A stretch of DNA of 64,000 nt from Desulfomonilia bacterium (GTDB lineage: Bacteria > Desulfobacterota > Desulfomonilia > UBA1062), in the NCBI GenBank assembly GCA_036567785.1, contig DATCTV010000002.1:23038-87037 (forward strand), read 5' to 3'. Position 1 is the first letter of the stretch, and each line of letters opens with the position of its first letter. Below the pieces are notes generated by a model, which had not been told where the DNA came from, ran no database searches, and saw only the letters and a list, made by a program, of their open reading frames with translations. Positions 29,580-39,590 of this stretch are shown piece after piece. The position numbers and the translations under genes are program-made.

Positions 29580-30278
29580 GTGCCCAAGATCTCGGATGCA
29601 AGAAGGCAGGAGACACTCGATAAGATCGAACGGTCGGCATCTGAGCTTTTCAGCAAACAGGGATTTCACAACACCCAGGTCATGGACATAGTAAAGGCCG
29701 TGGGCATTTCGGCGGGCACCTTCTATTTATACTTCAAGGACAAGCGCGATCTTTTCAAAAAGATAACCGGCGGCAGTTTCAGAAATTTGCGAGACTATCT
29801 TATAGACCTCAGGCGTCCTGTAAACATATGGGAACGCTCCGAACGGGAACTGAAACTCAAGGAAACATATACGGCTCTATTCGATTACGTGGATTCCAAT
29901 CCTGAACTCATTCTCATGCTTCTCAGGGGAAGCTATGGTGTAGATGAAGATTTTGACGCCAGTTCATGGTTTTCCTTCAACAGCTGGGCGCATGACCTTG
30001 CCGAGGATGTGCAGAACTGGCTTGACCTGGGCATCATATCGGGAATCGATCCCATGATATTCGGTCATGCGGTAGTCGGTATGGCCATGCAGGTCATACA
30101 CAGCTATATCGTGGAAAAACAGTTTACGCGGGAAAAGGCCATAGATGCAATAATCCGCATGAACATGTCCATGTTCGACACCTACATGACCAGTGCGGGC
30201 AGAGACCTTCTCCGAAAGTCCGGTCCGCATGCCGCGGTAGTTGATACCGAAAAGAGTTCCCCTTCCAGCGTGAAATGA
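29580..30278 (+). CDS. TetR-family transcriptional regulator
   Basis: AAAGGAG at 29568-29574, GTG at 29580; the track's ATG at 29553 lacks an RBS. HTH 'FSKQGFHNTQVMDIVKAVGISAGTFYLYFKDKRDLF'. Confidence 0.75.
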   Translation: MPKISDARRQETLDKIERSASELFSKQGFHNTQVMDIVKAVGISAGTFYLYFKDKRDLFKKITGGSFRNLRDYLIDLRRPVNIWERSERELKLKETYTALFDYVDSNPELILMLLRGSYGVDEDFDASSWFSFNSWAHDLAEDVQNWLDLGIISGIDPMIFGHAVVGMAMQVIHSYIVEKQFTREKAIDAIIRMNMSMFDTYMTSAGRDLLRKSGPHAAVVDTEKSSPSSVK

Positions 30279-30324
30279 AGACGAAAATATAAAAATGGTA
30301 TTTTAAAAATATCAGGGAGGTTGC

Positions 30325-31557
30325 ATGAAAAAAAATCTTGACGGGCTCTTTCTCTTCCCTCAGCAATGGGTGGACGTCGAGGCCAGGCGTTTTGCCGCTA
30401 CCGCCCGGCAATGGGCGGACAAAGAGATTATTTCCAGGCGGCTCGATTATCAGAAGGACTATGATACCCTTTTCACACTCATGCGCAAAAAACTCATGGA
30501 CGATATAGGCTTTGAACGCCTGGTGCTTCCTGAGGAAAACGGGGGATACGGCTGGAACAGCCCTGCAAGCGCTCCCGGCATTCTTACTGTATTCACCGAG
30601 ATAGGCCGTGCTGATGCGGCAATCGGATTCACCGCCGCAGTTAAATATGCGATATTCGCCGTAATATCCATGAAACCCAATATCGACAAGGACCTGTGCG
30701 ACAAACTGGCACCGCTCTACTGCGGGGATACACTCAAGAACATTGCCCTCATACTTCCATCGGCCGGATCAGCAGGAACGGATACACCTCTTTTTCACGG
30801 CCGGTCAATCGGGGCTTCACTGAGACCTTCGGGAGACGGATTCATTCTTAACGGTTCAGCACTCCGTCCTGTCGGGCCAGGCTATGATGCCGATCTCTTC
30901 GGGATTGTGGCAGCGGATACAGGCGGCAAAACATGCCTGGCATTCATTCCTGCCGATTTGAAGGGTGTAATAAAAGATCATCCGATAAAGACCACCGGTC
31001 TCAACGGATTTAAAAATACCGACGTAACCTTCAAAGATGTCAGGATACCCGGGAGCTTGGTTGTCATGCGTAATAGCGCAATAAACGAACTTTACTGTTG
31101 GCTTAACCTCCTCCTTGGGGGCACAAGCCTGGGGGCTACTATGAACTTCTTTGAAATCCTCTCGGACTGGTCCGAAAACAGGACGATAAAGGGAAGTTCG
31201 ATCATGAAGGATAATCCGTTGTGCGCGTCAGTCCTTGCGGCCGTCGCGGATGAAATAGCCTGTGTCCGTCTCAATGCATACAGCCTGGCCCATATCATGG
31301 CCAGCTCGGAAGACATCGGCGGACCTGATGTATATACCTTTGCACAAATGCTTGGCTCACGCATACAGCAGTCCTGCATGAACGCTATAAACAGGGGTAT
31401 GGAACTCATGGGTTCCGCCGGGTATTCCAAAGAATGGCATGTTGAAAAACACTGGCGTGACATAAAGACCATCCAGTCATATCTGTGCGGCACCGGATCG
31501 GATGTGCCGGTCAAGATGGATATCGCCCGTTTCTTCTTTGACTTGAAGGAGGTCTGA
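30325..31557 (+). CDS. Atypical acyl-CoA dehydrogenase-like protein (ACAD fold, divergent)
   Basis: RBS GGGAGG, ATG at 30325. The C-terminal 'GSAGYSKEWHVEKHWRDIKTIQ' matches the ACAD C-terminal helix-domain motif but lacks the usual 'IYEGT'. The N-terminus is unlike classical ACADs. Confidence 0.65.
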   Translation: MKKNLDGLFLFPQQWVDVEARRFAATARQWADKEIISRRLDYQKDYDTLFTLMRKKLMDDIGFERLVLPEENGGYGWNSPASAPGILTVFTEIGRADAAIGFTAAVKYAIFAVISMKPNIDKDLCDKLAPLYCGDTLKNIALILPSAGSAGTDTPLFHGRSIGASLRPSGDGFILNGSALRPVGPGYDADLFGIVAADTGGKTCLAFIPADLKGVIKDHPIKTTGLNGFKNTDVTFKDVRIPGSLVVMRNSAINELYCWLNLLLGGTSLGATMNFFEILSDWSENRTIKGSSIMKDNPLCASVLAAVADEIACVRLNAYSLAHIMASSEDIGGPDVYTFAQMLGSRIQQSCMNAINRGMELMGSAGYSKEWHVEKHWRDIKTIQSYLCGTGSDVPVKMDIARFFFDLKEV

Positions 31558-31559
31558 TT

Positions 31560-32834
31560 ATGCGGCACTTTGATGAATTTTCGGTTTCACTGGAACATGT
31601 ATCGCCGATGGAGAAGCACCTTCGCCGTATCGTGCGAAACTGGGCTGAAAAAGAGGTCATGCCCAACCGCCGCAGATATGACGAAGACTGGAAGGAACAT
31701 ACTATCATCGAACCTGCATTCGACAAGCTCATGGCGGGTCTGGGCATGCAGAAGGCGCTGTTTCCCGAAGAGCTTGGCGGCTGGGGGATAGGACACTCGG
31801 ATTATGTCTTCCGCATCTGTTATGCATTGAGCGAAGAGATCGGGCGTGCCGACACTGCCATTGCAGTAGCCTTCCTTGTGACCCTCTGGCCCCTTACAAC
31901 CATTCTTGTCGAGCCTCATGTCAACATGCGTCTGGCCCGTGAACTTGCACCCATATTCTGCAATGCGAAAAAGGCCGTCTTCTCCGCTCTCACAATGACC
32001 GAACCGCAGGGTGGCGCAGACATAGAAAACATGGGCCTGCTTGGCGGCAGGACGCTTCGCACCACCGCACGTCTTGAAGGCGACGAATGGGTGATAAACG
32101 GCCACAAGCTCTGGCCCACAAACTCCGGGGGCGTCTCAAAGCTCTTCGGGGTTCCATGCACTACAAAACCCGGCTCCAGCGACAAAAACGACTTTGCGAT
32201 CATATTCGTACCGACCGACCTCCCCGGAGTGAGCGAGGGAAACCCCTATGAAAAGGCCGGCATGGCTGCGGACAAGAACAGCGACATCTGGTTCGACAAT
32301 GTCCGCGTCCCGTCATGGTACCGTGCACACGGCCCGGGCCTTGACGCCCAGACCTTTGCCGAAATCATCCCCTGGGGACAGATAGCCAGCATCGGATTCA
32401 TGACCGGGGCCATGCTCAACCTGTACGAAAGGCTCTATGAATTTGTCTCGACCCGCACTTACAATAACCGCCCCCTGAAAGAGAATGACGCCATCGCCGG
32501 GGTCATAGGCCGCATTGCCGGCGACATAGATATATGCCGCATCCTGGGGTATGAAACCGCCTGCATCGGAGACCGCAGAAACAAGGCCTATGGCAGGCCG
32601 ATACACGACGAGGAGGTAATTGCAAAAGTACGCAACATAAAGGACTTCGTCTCTGACAGGACGGTCGAAAACTTCGGCCGCGCAATGGATGTGCTGGGCG
32701 TCTACGGTGCCGATAGGGACTGGGATATTGAGAAGCACTGGCGCGATGTCAAGATCATCCAGCTCTGGATGGGCGGCAAACAACTCTGCCAGATGGAAGC
32801 GGCCCGCTATTATTTCAACTGCGAAACCCTGTGA
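31560..32834 (+). CDS. Atypical acyl-CoA dehydrogenase-like protein, paralog of the previous gene
   Basis: RBS GAAGGAGG, ATG at 31560, 3 nt after the upstream stop. C-terminal 'GVYGADRDWDIEKHWRDVKIIQLWMGG'. Paralogous to 30325-31557. Confidence 0.65.
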   Translation: MRHFDEFSVSLEHVSPMEKHLRRIVRNWAEKEVMPNRRRYDEDWKEHTIIEPAFDKLMAGLGMQKALFPEELGGWGIGHSDYVFRICYALSEEIGRADTAIAVAFLVTLWPLTTILVEPHVNMRLARELAPIFCNAKKAVFSALTMTEPQGGADIENMGLLGGRTLRTTARLEGDEWVINGHKLWPTNSGGVSKLFGVPCTTKPGSSDKNDFAIIFVPTDLPGVSEGNPYEKAGMAADKNSDIWFDNVRVPSWYRAHGPGLDAQTFAEIIPWGQIASIGFMTGAMLNLYERLYEFVSTRTYNNRPLKENDAIAGVIGRIAGDIDICRILGYETACIGDRRNKAYGRPIHDEEVIAKVRNIKDFVSDRTVENFGRAMDVLGVYGADRDWDIEKHWRDVKIIQLWMGGKQLCQMEAARYYFNCETL

Positions 32835-32859
32835 TTAAATGCGGCATGTGGAGGTAATC

Positions 32860-33267
32860 ATGTCAGAAGAAAAAAGCCGGTTTGCGGCAGGCAGTATATT
32901 ATCAGAGTTATTGAAGAAGCCTGGATTCAAGGATGATGTAAGGGATGCGCTCAAAAGCATCGACCCGGATGCAGGGCGCGAACTGGTGAGAACCTTTTTA
33001 TGGCAGGATCTGGAATTCAGCCTGGGTCTGATGGGAGGCCTGCCGGCCATAGCCAATACCTTTATCCGGGCTATTGATGAACTCCTTATCGAGATAAATG
33101 AAAAATATCCCATGGAACTCCTTAAAGGCTTTGCAGATTCGCTCATTAAAGATACCGACACCGAATCCCTCGGGCGGGCACTCAGGAATGCCCGCCCCTA
33201 TATTGACGCCCTGGGGCCCATTTTTAAAAAGGCCTGGCAGGACGCACGAGATGGAGAGAGAACATGA
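32860..33267 (+). CDS. Hypothetical alpha-helical protein, paralog family member 1
   Basis: GGAGG at 32850-32854, ATG at 32860; the track's ATG at 32839 lacks an RBS. Shares 'ELVRTFLWQDLEFSLGLMGGLP' with the next gene ('SLVRTILWQDIEVVFGVMGALP'). Confidence 0.5.
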   Translation: MSEEKSRFAAGSILSELLKKPGFKDDVRDALKSIDPDAGRELVRTFLWQDLEFSLGLMGGLPAIANTFIRAIDELLIEINEKYPMELLKGFADSLIKDTDTESLGRALRNARPYIDALGPIFKKAWQDARDGERT

Positions 33268-33881
33268 GCGGAATAATCAAAGAACTTATCAAGAGTCCGT
33301 TTATCAAGGGCATGATCAGGAGAAGGCTTAAGGAAATCACGCCAGAAGAGGCCCGCTCCCTTGTCAGAACGATCCTATGGCAGGACATCGAGGTCGTTTT
33401 CGGTGTAATGGGCGCCCTGCCCTCCTGTATCAATGCCGCAGCAGCAGCCATGGGCACACTTGCTCATGAGCTTAAGGCAAAGGTCTCGCCTGAAATGTCA
33501 AAAGGATTTGCCATGAGCATCATTCAAGACATCGATACAGCCATCATCAAAGACAGCACACATGCATTGGCAGAACTTTCGGGCAGCATAATAGAAGCAT
33601 CGCCCGAACTCAAAAATTTCATAATCGATAAGTTGCCGGGGATAATCGCCACAGGCATAAATTCAACTGCATCCGGAATAAACAAGCTCTGCAAAGAAGA
33701 CCCGGCATTGATTGGCAGCTTTGTCAATTCATTGGCCGGCAGTCTTGACAAGCAGGCTCTGAACGAGGCCACTCTCAATATCACTGAAGCCTTCCTCGAC
33801 ACGGGGCCCGGTCTTGCCGGCTGGACACTGAAGCTCATCAAGCGCCGTGCTTCAAAGCGTTTCAAGCGTACGGGCAAGTAA
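33264..33881 (+). CDS. Hypothetical alpha-helical protein, paralog family member 2
   Basis: ATG at 33264 overlaps the upstream stop (ATGA); RBS GGAGAGA. 205 aa, no recognisable domain. Ends with a basic tail 'KLIKRRASKRFKRTGK'. Confidence 0.55.
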   Translation: MSGIIKELIKSPFIKGMIRRRLKEITPEEARSLVRTILWQDIEVVFGVMGALPSCINAAAAAMGTLAHELKAKVSPEMSKGFAMSIIQDIDTAIIKDSTHALAELSGSIIEASPELKNFIIDKLPGIIATGINSTASGINKLCKEDPALIGSFVNSLAGSLDKQALNEATLNITEAFLDTGPGLAGWTLKLIKRRASKRFKRTGK

Positions 33882-33919
33882 ATTTATTGAAGAATAAAAT
33901 TAAAGGGGGTCTTCCTGCA

Positions 33920-35218
33920 ATGAACAGAAGCAATTATCAAGACCAGATCAATGAGATTACAGGCCGCATCGGCGCCGGAATTCTGCATGCGGGATGCACG
34001 GCTCGCATTTTCGCCGCTGTGGCCGGAAATATCATCAATAGCTGGTCAGGTGCGAGTGCAATAAAAAAGAAGGTGACATCACCTCTTACATACCTGATCG
34101 CAAAGATCCAGAAAAACAATAAGCATGTAATATCCGCTCATAAAGCATCCATACCGGCGGATGCCGCCAGACTCATCACCCTCTTTGCAATAATGTTCAA
34201 CAATACTCATCCGAAAGGTCAGACCGTTGAAAATTCCAATGATGGCGCAGCTATAAAGGCCTTTATCGAAAACCTAGACTTCGGAGAGATCATGGAGATG
34301 GCCGAGAAATCTGACCCGTGCATCCTTAAAGCCATTCGGTCCTTCAATGATGAGATATGGAAATATCCCGCCAAGGTCGGATCTCTTATAGCGACTGTTA
34401 TTGCGTTAATGAACACTACGTTAAAGGCTTTCCGTGAACTGCTCCTTCCTATCGAGCAAACCATCGGACCGGACCTTCTGGCAGACATGCTGCTTTCGGT
34501 TATCCGGGGGCTTGACGGTTCACAGACTGCAAAACTCGTAAATACCGCAGGAGAGGTCATCAGAAGGCTGCATACAGGGAGCCTTCTCCTGGGCAAAGGC
34601 GGCAAGCCCCTGTTGCAGCACTATCTGACAGACCTTCTTAAAAACTGCTTTTCCGGACTCGACCATGAACTCATGAAAAAGCTGCACATAATCTTCTCGG
34701 AAGACCTCCTGAGCATTGCAAATGCAGTATCCGATGCAAAGAATGACAATCCCGGGATCATTCTGTCATCTCTGGCTTCAATGGGGTCGGTGCAGAATTC
34801 CCGTGTCAGGGCCAAATCCCGCAGATTGCGCATTTATGAGGATATAGATCAAAGAGATTTCAATACCGCCATCTCTGAGAGCATATCCGATCTCGACTCA
34901 TACGAAATCGCAGAACTCGTAAACGGCCTGTGCAGGGTCTTCAACAGAGTCCATTCTGTAAAGCCTGATATCGTCAATTCTCTTGCCTGCGGAATTGTGG
35001 ATTCAATAGACCCCGGAGAAACAGAGAAAACTCTCAAGTGGCTCATTCCCGGTCTGGTACAGGCCGTCAAACCGCTTGCTCCTGCAATCATGCCGGAGAT
35101 TATCCGCGGACTGAGTGAGCTTATCAGACCTGATGGCGGATATCAGAGTTCAGAACAGACCGGGGCGATCAGAGAACTCAGGGAGGCGATTGCCCTTGCC
35201 GCCGGAGGTGATGAATGA
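33920..35218 (+). CDS. Hypothetical alpha-helical protein (433 aa), possibly a distant relative of the two preceding genes
   Basis: AAAGGGGG at 33902-33909, ATG at 33920; the track begins at a TTG at 33887. No recognisable motifs. Its stop overlaps the next start. Confidence 0.5.
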   Translation: MNRSNYQDQINEITGRIGAGILHAGCTARIFAAVAGNIINSWSGASAIKKKVTSPLTYLIAKIQKNNKHVISAHKASIPADAARLITLFAIMFNNTHPKGQTVENSNDGAAIKAFIENLDFGEIMEMAEKSDPCILKAIRSFNDEIWKYPAKVGSLIATVIALMNTTLKAFRELLLPIEQTIGPDLLADMLLSVIRGLDGSQTAKLVNTAGEVIRRLHTGSLLLGKGGKPLLQHYLTDLLKNCFSGLDHELMKKLHIIFSEDLLSIANAVSDAKNDNPGIILSSLASMGSVQNSRVRAKSRRLRIYEDIDQRDFNTAISESISDLDSYEIAELVNGLCRVFNRVHSVKPDIVNSLACGIVDSIDPGETEKTLKWLIPGLVQAVKPLAPAIMPEIIRGLSELIRPDGGYQSSEQTGAIRELREAIALAAGGDE

Positions 35219-36348
35219 TCGACAAACTTAAATCAGCCGCGACATCCCTCGAGAATGAATTTCTCGTCAAATGGAAAAATAAAGGCAGGTCGGTCATGGG
35301 CTACACATGCACCTTCATACCTGAAGAGATAATGCACGCGGCAGGCCTGCTTCCGTACCGGATCAGGGGCATAGGAACCACGTCGCTTTCTATCGGCGAC
35401 TCATATTTCGGACCTGTCAACTGCAGCTTTCCCAAGTGCATGCTGCAGCTCGCCGGCATAAATGCCTACAAATTCCTTGACGGCGCCATAATCTCCAACG
35501 GCTGCGACTCCATGCGCAGGCTCGAAGAATGCTGGAGAAAGGCCGGCGATGACTATCCCGGCATACTTCCCGGATATTATGAGTTCTTCTCGGTGCCGCA
35601 CAAGGCAGTTGACTACAGCATCGACTTCTTCACTGAAGAGCTTCAGGACATGATTGCAACTATCGAGAATCATTTCGGGAAAAAAATCGAAGAGTCTGAC
35701 CTCAGGAAATCGATCAGACTCTATAACACCGGAAGAAAGCTCCTAAAAAATCTCGATGAGCTGAGATACGGCTGCAATACGCCAATCACCGGAGAAGATG
35801 CGCTCTCGATACTTATTGCCGGCCATGCAATCCCCAGAGAGGACTTCAACCGCATCCTGAAAAGAATACTGGCTGCGCTAGAAAAGGCGCCTCATCTCAC
35901 GGAAGGGAAAAAACGCATCATGCTCATCGGAAGCGCAAGCGACGATCTGGACTTCATCAGGGTAATCGAAGAGGCGGGCGCGGTGGTGGTGGCGGATACC
36001 GTATGCTTCGGCTCGAGACTTCATGCAAGCCTTGTTGACGAAACAGACGAGCCTGTTCACGCCCTTGCCTCCCATTATCTCAGCAACAGCATATGCCCGC
36101 GAATGCTGGGCAATTATAAAGACAGGAGATCCTACATCAGGGACATCGTAAAAAAGGCTGATGTCGACGGTCTCATTCTTCAGAATATAAGGTTCTGCGA
36201 CCTGCACGGTTCGGAAAACGGCGTCCTTGAAAGGGACTTCGAGGCCGAAGGCATACCCTGCATGAGGCTAGAAAGGGAATACGGTCCGCTGGTCGAAACC
36301 GGCCGGATAAGAATGCGCGTGGATGCGTTCATGGAAAGAATTTCTTAA
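35215..36348 (+). CDS. 2-hydroxyacyl-CoA dehydratase / benzoyl-CoA reductase family subunit (HgdB / BcrC / BzdN-like)
   Basis: GGAGGTG precedes ATG at 35215, which overlaps the upstream stop. 'VMGYTCTFIPEEIMHAAGLLPYRIRG' is the hallmark N-terminal motif of the HgdB/BcrC family. 377 aa. Confidence 0.75.
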   Translation: MIDKLKSAATSLENEFLVKWKNKGRSVMGYTCTFIPEEIMHAAGLLPYRIRGIGTTSLSIGDSYFGPVNCSFPKCMLQLAGINAYKFLDGAIISNGCDSMRRLEECWRKAGDDYPGILPGYYEFFSVPHKAVDYSIDFFTEELQDMIATIENHFGKKIEESDLRKSIRLYNTGRKLLKNLDELRYGCNTPITGEDALSILIAGHAIPREDFNRILKRILAALEKAPHLTEGKKRIMLIGSASDDLDFIRVIEEAGAVVVADTVCFGSRLHASLVDETDEPVHALASHYLSNSICPRMLGNYKDRRSYIRDIVKKADVDGLILQNIRFCDLHGSENGVLERDFEAEGIPCMRLEREYGPLVETGRIRMRVDAFMERIS

Positions 36349-36360
36349 GGAGGACCAGGA

Positions 36361-36603
36361 ATGTGTCAGAACGACAGGGAAGAAATTGCAATGGAAGTCC
36401 TTTGCGGCATCGCCATGGATGACGCCAGGATGGTTGCGGAACGCCAGCGTGCGATCGATGCGCTCACTCTGTTTCAGGCGGATGCGCTTAAGTCTCTCGA
36501 ATATATCGCACGCCGTACCGACTTGGATATCCTGAGAGAGCGCGCAAGGCTCTACATCGATAGAATAAAATCAGGGGCCGTCCTCAGCATGACCTCGGTT
36601 TGA
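36361..36603 (+). CDS. Small hypothetical protein (80 aa) inside the operon
   Basis: Strong RBS TAAGGAGG at 36347-36354, ATG at 36361. No homology recognised. Confidence 0.4.
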   Translation: MCQNDREEIAMEVLCGIAMDDARMVAERQRAIDALTLFQADALKSLEYIARRTDLDILRERARLYIDRIKSGAVLSMTSV

Positions 36604-36616
36604 AAGGTATGGGCAT

Positions 36617-38026
36617 ATGAAAAAGGAAACGCGCGAATATAACTATGACTGGATGCTCTGGAGCATCTTCAATGCCGGGAGCAAGGCCCTTGACGGGACC
36701 ATCAAGGAATTTGGCGGACTTGTAAAGGTCATGCCGAACTTCTCGCCTGTCATCAACAATTTTCTCAGGCACGGCGAACCGGGTAAGCTGTTCCTCAAGA
36801 TGATCAGCGAATATACGAACGACATTATGACGGCGCATAAAGAGGGGAAAAAATTGTGCCTCGGTACATTTGTTACGGCCAAGCATCTCTTCTTCTCGTT
36901 CGACAATGTGGTTCCTGTATGGGCCGAACCACTGACGGTGTTCGGGACGCTCGGTTTTCGTAAAGGGACTTCTGAGTACATGGACTACTGCTGCGAGGTG
37001 GGGTTTACTGAAACTTCCTGCTCTGCCCAACGCGGATCAATCGGTGCGGTTCTGGCTGGTCTTACTGAAAAGCCCGATTTCGTCATATGCACCGCACCCG
37101 GCATATGCGATACGAATGCAAACGCCGTGCAGTTCCTATCATCGTACCTCGACCTGCCCTTCTTCCAGTGCAACTTCCCGGCAAAGCTCACGGGAGACCG
37201 GATCAATGAATACCACCACCGTGACTTCAAGGCGCTCATTTCATTTATCGAAGAACAGTCAGGTTCGCGTCTGAATGTGGAAAAGCTCAAGGATATTCTG
37301 GAAGAACAGCGGCATCAGGATGAGATCACCGATGAGCTCTATGATCTCATCAGGCTTAAGCCATGCCCACTGCCGCCTATATTCATACTCATGATGTACG
37401 CCGGAAGACTTACGATGTCCGGCCGAAAATCGTACACAGCCGTGCTCGAATCCATGCTCGGGGTCGTGAAGGAGAATGCCGCCCGGGGTCATGCAGGAAC
37501 GGCATCGAAGAAAGAGCGGGCCCGGCTTCTCATGTGTTATATCGATCATTACACTACAGATGCGAGATTCTGGGAATGGCTGGACTCCGAGGATATAAGC
37601 CTCATGCCATCCCTCATATTCAGTTTCTGGAACAAGGGGGTAAACTATGCAGAGGGCCGTGCTGAAGAAAGCTACGGCGTCATAGACACCTCGAGCCTTG
37701 ATACCATGATAGACTCGCTTGCTGACATCAATTCGCGCATGCCCATGATCAAACAGTTGAGGGGGCCGTATGACGCACCTGGAATGTGGCGCGATGATCT
37801 TCTCTGCATGGCTAAAATCATGGACCCGGATTTTATGGTCTATATCGGAAGCATGGGATGCCGGAACAGCTGGGGAGTCAATAAACTGCTCCAGCGCGAC
37901 TGCGAACGCGAGGGCATTCCCACGATGCTTCTCTTCGCAGATGCATTCGACGACAGGGTTGCTTCCTGGGAGCACTGCATAGACAAGATCAGCGAGTTCA
38001 TGCATGTCAGAGGCATAAGGTCATGA
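36617..38026 (+). CDS. 2-hydroxyacyl-CoA dehydratase / benzoyl-CoA reductase family subunit (HgdA / BcrB / BzdO-like)
   Basis: 469 aa. 'GSMGCRNSWGVNKLLQRDCEREGIPTMLLFADAFDD' matches the C-terminal conserved region of the HgdA family. Conserved Cys residues that could ligate a cluster are present. Confidence 0.75.
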   Translation: MKKETREYNYDWMLWSIFNAGSKALDGTIKEFGGLVKVMPNFSPVINNFLRHGEPGKLFLKMISEYTNDIMTAHKEGKKLCLGTFVTAKHLFFSFDNVVPVWAEPLTVFGTLGFRKGTSEYMDYCCEVGFTETSCSAQRGSIGAVLAGLTEKPDFVICTAPGICDTNANAVQFLSSYLDLPFFQCNFPAKLTGDRINEYHHRDFKALISFIEEQSGSRLNVEKLKDILEEQRHQDEITDELYDLIRLKPCPLPPIFILMMYAGRLTMSGRKSYTAVLESMLGVVKENAARGHAGTASKKERARLLMCYIDHYTTDARFWEWLDSEDISLMPSLIFSFWNKGVNYAEGRAEESYGVIDTSSLDTMIDSLADINSRMPMIKQLRGPYDAPGMWRDDLLCMAKIMDPDFMVYIGSMGCRNSWGVNKLLQRDCEREGIPTMLLFADAFDDRVASWEHCIDKISEFMHVRGIRS

Positions 38027-38805
38027 TAGCTGCAGGCTGCGATGTAGGTTCGCTCACCACCAAGGCGGTCATACTCAACAACACGCGAATCATAAGCCAT
38101 GCCCTTATCCCTTCAACCTTCGACCCTGCAAAATCCGCAGAAGAGGTGATGGAAAAGGCCCTTTCCACGGCCGGACTTCAAATGAAGGATATCGGGTTCT
38201 GCGTGGGCACCGGTTACGGACGGGAACGCATTCCTTTCGTGCACAAGTCGGTCTCGGAGATAGCCTGCCATGCCAGGGGCGCGCATTGGCTGCTGCCTTC
38301 GGTGCGCACCGTCATTGACGTGGGCGGCCAGGACTGCAAGGCAACCCGTCTCGATGAGAAAGGCAATATCGTCAGATTTTTTACCAATGACAAATGTGCA
38401 TCAGGAACCGGGCGCTTCCTCGAGGTAATGGCTGGTATTCTCGGACTCGATCTCAAGGAGCTGGGGGATATTTCAGTGCAGGCCCGTAACCCCGTAACCC
38501 TTGCAGCCACATGTACGGTCTGGGCGCAGGCCGAGGTGATCATGCACCTCAACAATAAAACCCCGAAGGCTGATCTGGCGGCAGGCATCAATGACGCCAT
38601 GGCGGCGAGGATCGCGATCCTGGCAAAATCGGCAGGCCTCGAAAAGGATGTCTGCATGACTGGCGGTGTGGCCAAAAACACGGGCGTTATAGAGGCAATG
38701 GAAAAGCAGCTTAATGTCCCGATACGCAGGCTCAGGGTCGATCCCCAGGTCATAGGCGCCCTGGGCGCGGCCATCTTTGCCAGAGAAAAAATGGGAGGCG
38801 GATAA
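38023..38805 (+). CDS. BadF/BadG/BcrA/BcrD-type ATPase (HgdC-like activator / BCR ATPase subunit)
   Basis: ATG at 38023 overlaps the upstream TGA. 'AAGCDVGSLTTKAVIL' (ASKHA phosphate-1), 'DVGGQDCKA', 'NDKCASGTGRFLE'. The Cys-Cys pair that bridges the [4Fe-4S] cluster is present. Confidence 0.8.
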   Translation: MIAAGCDVGSLTTKAVILNNTRIISHALIPSTFDPAKSAEEVMEKALSTAGLQMKDIGFCVGTGYGRERIPFVHKSVSEIACHARGAHWLLPSVRTVIDVGGQDCKATRLDEKGNIVRFFTNDKCASGTGRFLEVMAGILGLDLKELGDISVQARNPVTLAATCTVWAQAEVIMHLNNKTPKADLAAGINDAMAARIAILAKSAGLEKDVCMTGGVAKNTGVIEAMEKQLNVPIRRLRVDPQVIGALGAAIFAREKMGGG

Positions 38806-39590
38806 TGTTTGCTGCAGGCTGTGATGTCGGCTCATTAAGCGCGAAAGCGGTCATCATGAAGGATGATGAAATACTCGCCACCGAGGTGATATTTTCCAAG
38901 CCTGACCCGGGTGACTCGGCCCGGACAGTCATGGAGAATGCCCTCATCAAGGCGGGTATTTCTTTAAACGATATCGGATACTGCATCGGCACCGGCTATG
39001 GAAGAAACTCCATTCCCTTTGCCGACAGCGTCGAGTCCGAAATCACGTGTCACGGAAAAGGGGCGCAGTGGCTCATGCCTGACGTGCGCATGGTGATTGA
39101 CATAGGCGGTCAGGATGCCAAGGCAATCAGGCTGGACGATACCGGAAAGGTGGTCCGTTTCGCATATAATGACCGCTGCGCATCGGGTACTGGCAGGTTC
39201 CTGGAGGTGATGGCGGCTGCAATGGGGATAAGGCTCGAAGACATGGGTATGATATCCGCGCAGGGAAGGAACCCTGTCGCCATATCAAATCAGTGCGTGG
39301 TCTTTGCCGAAACAGAGATCATATCACTTGTAAATGCCGGCAAGGACCTGGCCGACATAGTGAGCGGCCTGCACAAGGCACTGGCCCACAGGGTGGCGTC
39401 GCTTGCCCATGGAGTGGAACTCGATAAACGACTCACCATGACCGGTGGTGTGGCTAAAAACCGGGGCATGTTTCTTGCCCTGCAGGAGGCGCTCGGGGTG
39501 GATATCACCCCCGTTGAAGCCGACCCGCAGATTATCGGCGCCCTCGGAGCGGCTGTTCTGGCACGTACGAAAGTGAACGGGGCCGGATAG
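38805..39590 (+). CDS. BadF/BadG/BcrA/BcrD-type ATPase, second tandem paralog
   Basis: RBS GGGAGGCGG, ATG at 38805. 'AAGCDVGSLSAKAVIM', 'DIGGQDAKA', 'NDRCASGTGRFLE'. Paralogous to the previous gene; two different ATPase subunits, as in class I BCR. Confidence 0.8.
   Translation: MFAAGCDVGSLSAKAVIMKDDEILATEVIFSKPDPGDSARTVMENALIKAGISLNDIGYCIGTGYGRNSIPFADSVESEITCHGKGAQWLMPDVRMVIDIGGQDAKAIRLDDTGKVVRFAYNDRCASGTGRFLEVMAAAMGIRLEDMGMISAQGRNPVAISNQCVVFAETEIISLVNAGKDLADIVSGLHKALAHRVASLAHGVELDKRLTMTGGVAKNRGMFLALQEALGVDITPVEADPQIIGALGAAVLARTKVNGAG

Noticed and set aside
29315-29656. 113-aa minus-strand ORF in the AT-rich TetR/TetR intergenic region
   Set aside because: Its low-complexity translation comes from AT-rich promoter DNA, and it overlaps the plus-strand TetR start and the predicted operators.
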